DNA of 61,929 nucleotides, filler included, from Basidiobolus ranarum (Eukaryota): NCBI GenBank assembly GCA_040143965.1. It is 22 parts of 22 records of this genome, joined end to end, with 100 filler letters (N's around TTAATTAATTAA, not from the genome) between each part and the next. Parts side by side here need not be neighbours in the genome. Positions count along the whole stretch, not along the records: positions 59,220 to 61,929 come from JASJQH010009923.1; 21 more parts are not named here. One strand, 5' to 3'. Shown piece by piece: positions 61,167 to 61,929 of this stretch (position 1 is its first letter; each line of letters starts with the position of its first letter). The notes under the pieces were generated by a model. It saw only the letters and a program-made list of their open reading frames with translations, ran no database searches and was not told where the DNA came from. The position numbers and the translations under genes were made by a program.

Positions 61167-61717
61167 GTATTGCAGTTGCTGAAATATATTACATCAACAT
61201 TATACTCCAATGTAAGAGCTTTGGCACAAAATCTTGGCTACTTTATACTAACAAGATGCATAGATTGTAACTTGACACTATGCAGATGATTGTTAGTCCA
61301 TTGCTCCTATGACACAGAAAGAAAAGCTAGTATTAATGTGCTATCCTTCTTGACTCACAAATATGCAATAACTGTACTTTTTCTGATAAATATTCCATCT
61401 GTTTAAGCTATTTTTATAGTTTTCATCCATGCTGAGGCAATGTACATATGCTGGGGCCTCACACATAATAACACAAAGATGTGTTTAGGCTACTATCCAT
61501 AAAATTTCATATATTTCAAGCTGTACTACAGCAGTATCTTGAACAAATATGCAAGTTGCTAGTCAACATCAGAAAGTTCATAAAATATAGTATTCTTTGA
61601 TATATATATGTGTTCATCCTGGAGATGCAGAGCACAGTTTTGACAGTTTTTATGCTCCAGAACTGCAGCACTTTGGTATATACAGGTCTATGCCACACGC
61701 ATCCACTGAGCAAAGAC

Positions 61718-61929
61718 TGTTAAAGTATATGGGAGCCTGTTGGAAGTGGTTTAGAGAATTAGAGAAATTGGTGGTTTTCTCTTATTGATTTATTGAGTTG
61801 AAACTTGACATTTATACTTTTGCAGAGGTGTAGACAAACTAACATGTATAACATGTTGAGTAAAGTCCCTGGAGCATGATTGCAAAGTTTGGGTCTTCTG
61901 GCACAAGTTTGAAAAAAAAATATTTATCT
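61718..61929 (-). repeat. Copia family B LTR (partial)
   Basis: TGTTAAAGTAT..GAGCCTGTTGGAAGTGG, homologous to 60817-61020. Confidence 0.82.

Noticed and set aside
61167-61717. Possible MULE SWIM-finger relic (..KFYG..KHIF.. on minus strand)
   Set aside because: Too decayed to call; only a CpG-poor unclassified stretch. The same applies to 48770-49300.

Overview
This window is not one locus. It is 22 unrelated small contigs (about 2.71-2.73 kb each, sorted by decreasing size) joined by artificial 100-bp spacers (N44-TTAATTAATTAA-N44), so adjacency across spacers means nothing. The DNA is fungal: it has GT-AG introns with CTAAC branch points, class II aldolase, a Fun19-like SWIRM gene and old yellow enzyme. 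An early-diverging, Basidiobolus-like source is only my inference. About two thirds is decayed, nested transposon DNA: two Ty1/Copia families with ~350-bp LTRs and a half-tRNA-iMet primer site, one abundant CACTA/En-Spm family with CCCTAACA termini, and Gypsy and LINE scraps, all strongly CpG-depleted. Host genes: an intronless NRPS C-A-T module, cytochrome c1, two tandem near-identical FBA1 copies, a SWIRM gene with a nonsense codon, a hexokinase 3' end, a soluble catalytic-only HMG-CoA reductase, a 738-aa hydrophilin-like protein, a Y3-like small secreted protein interrupted by a stop, and old yellow enzyme. The best candidate for an undescribed system is a tandem array (50785-53497) of secreted precursors. 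Each carries two copies of an acidic leader ending (T/S)PEE(S/T)xxRR, one before an amphipathic cationic helix and one before a Gly/Arg/Phe-rich, Cys-tipped peptide.
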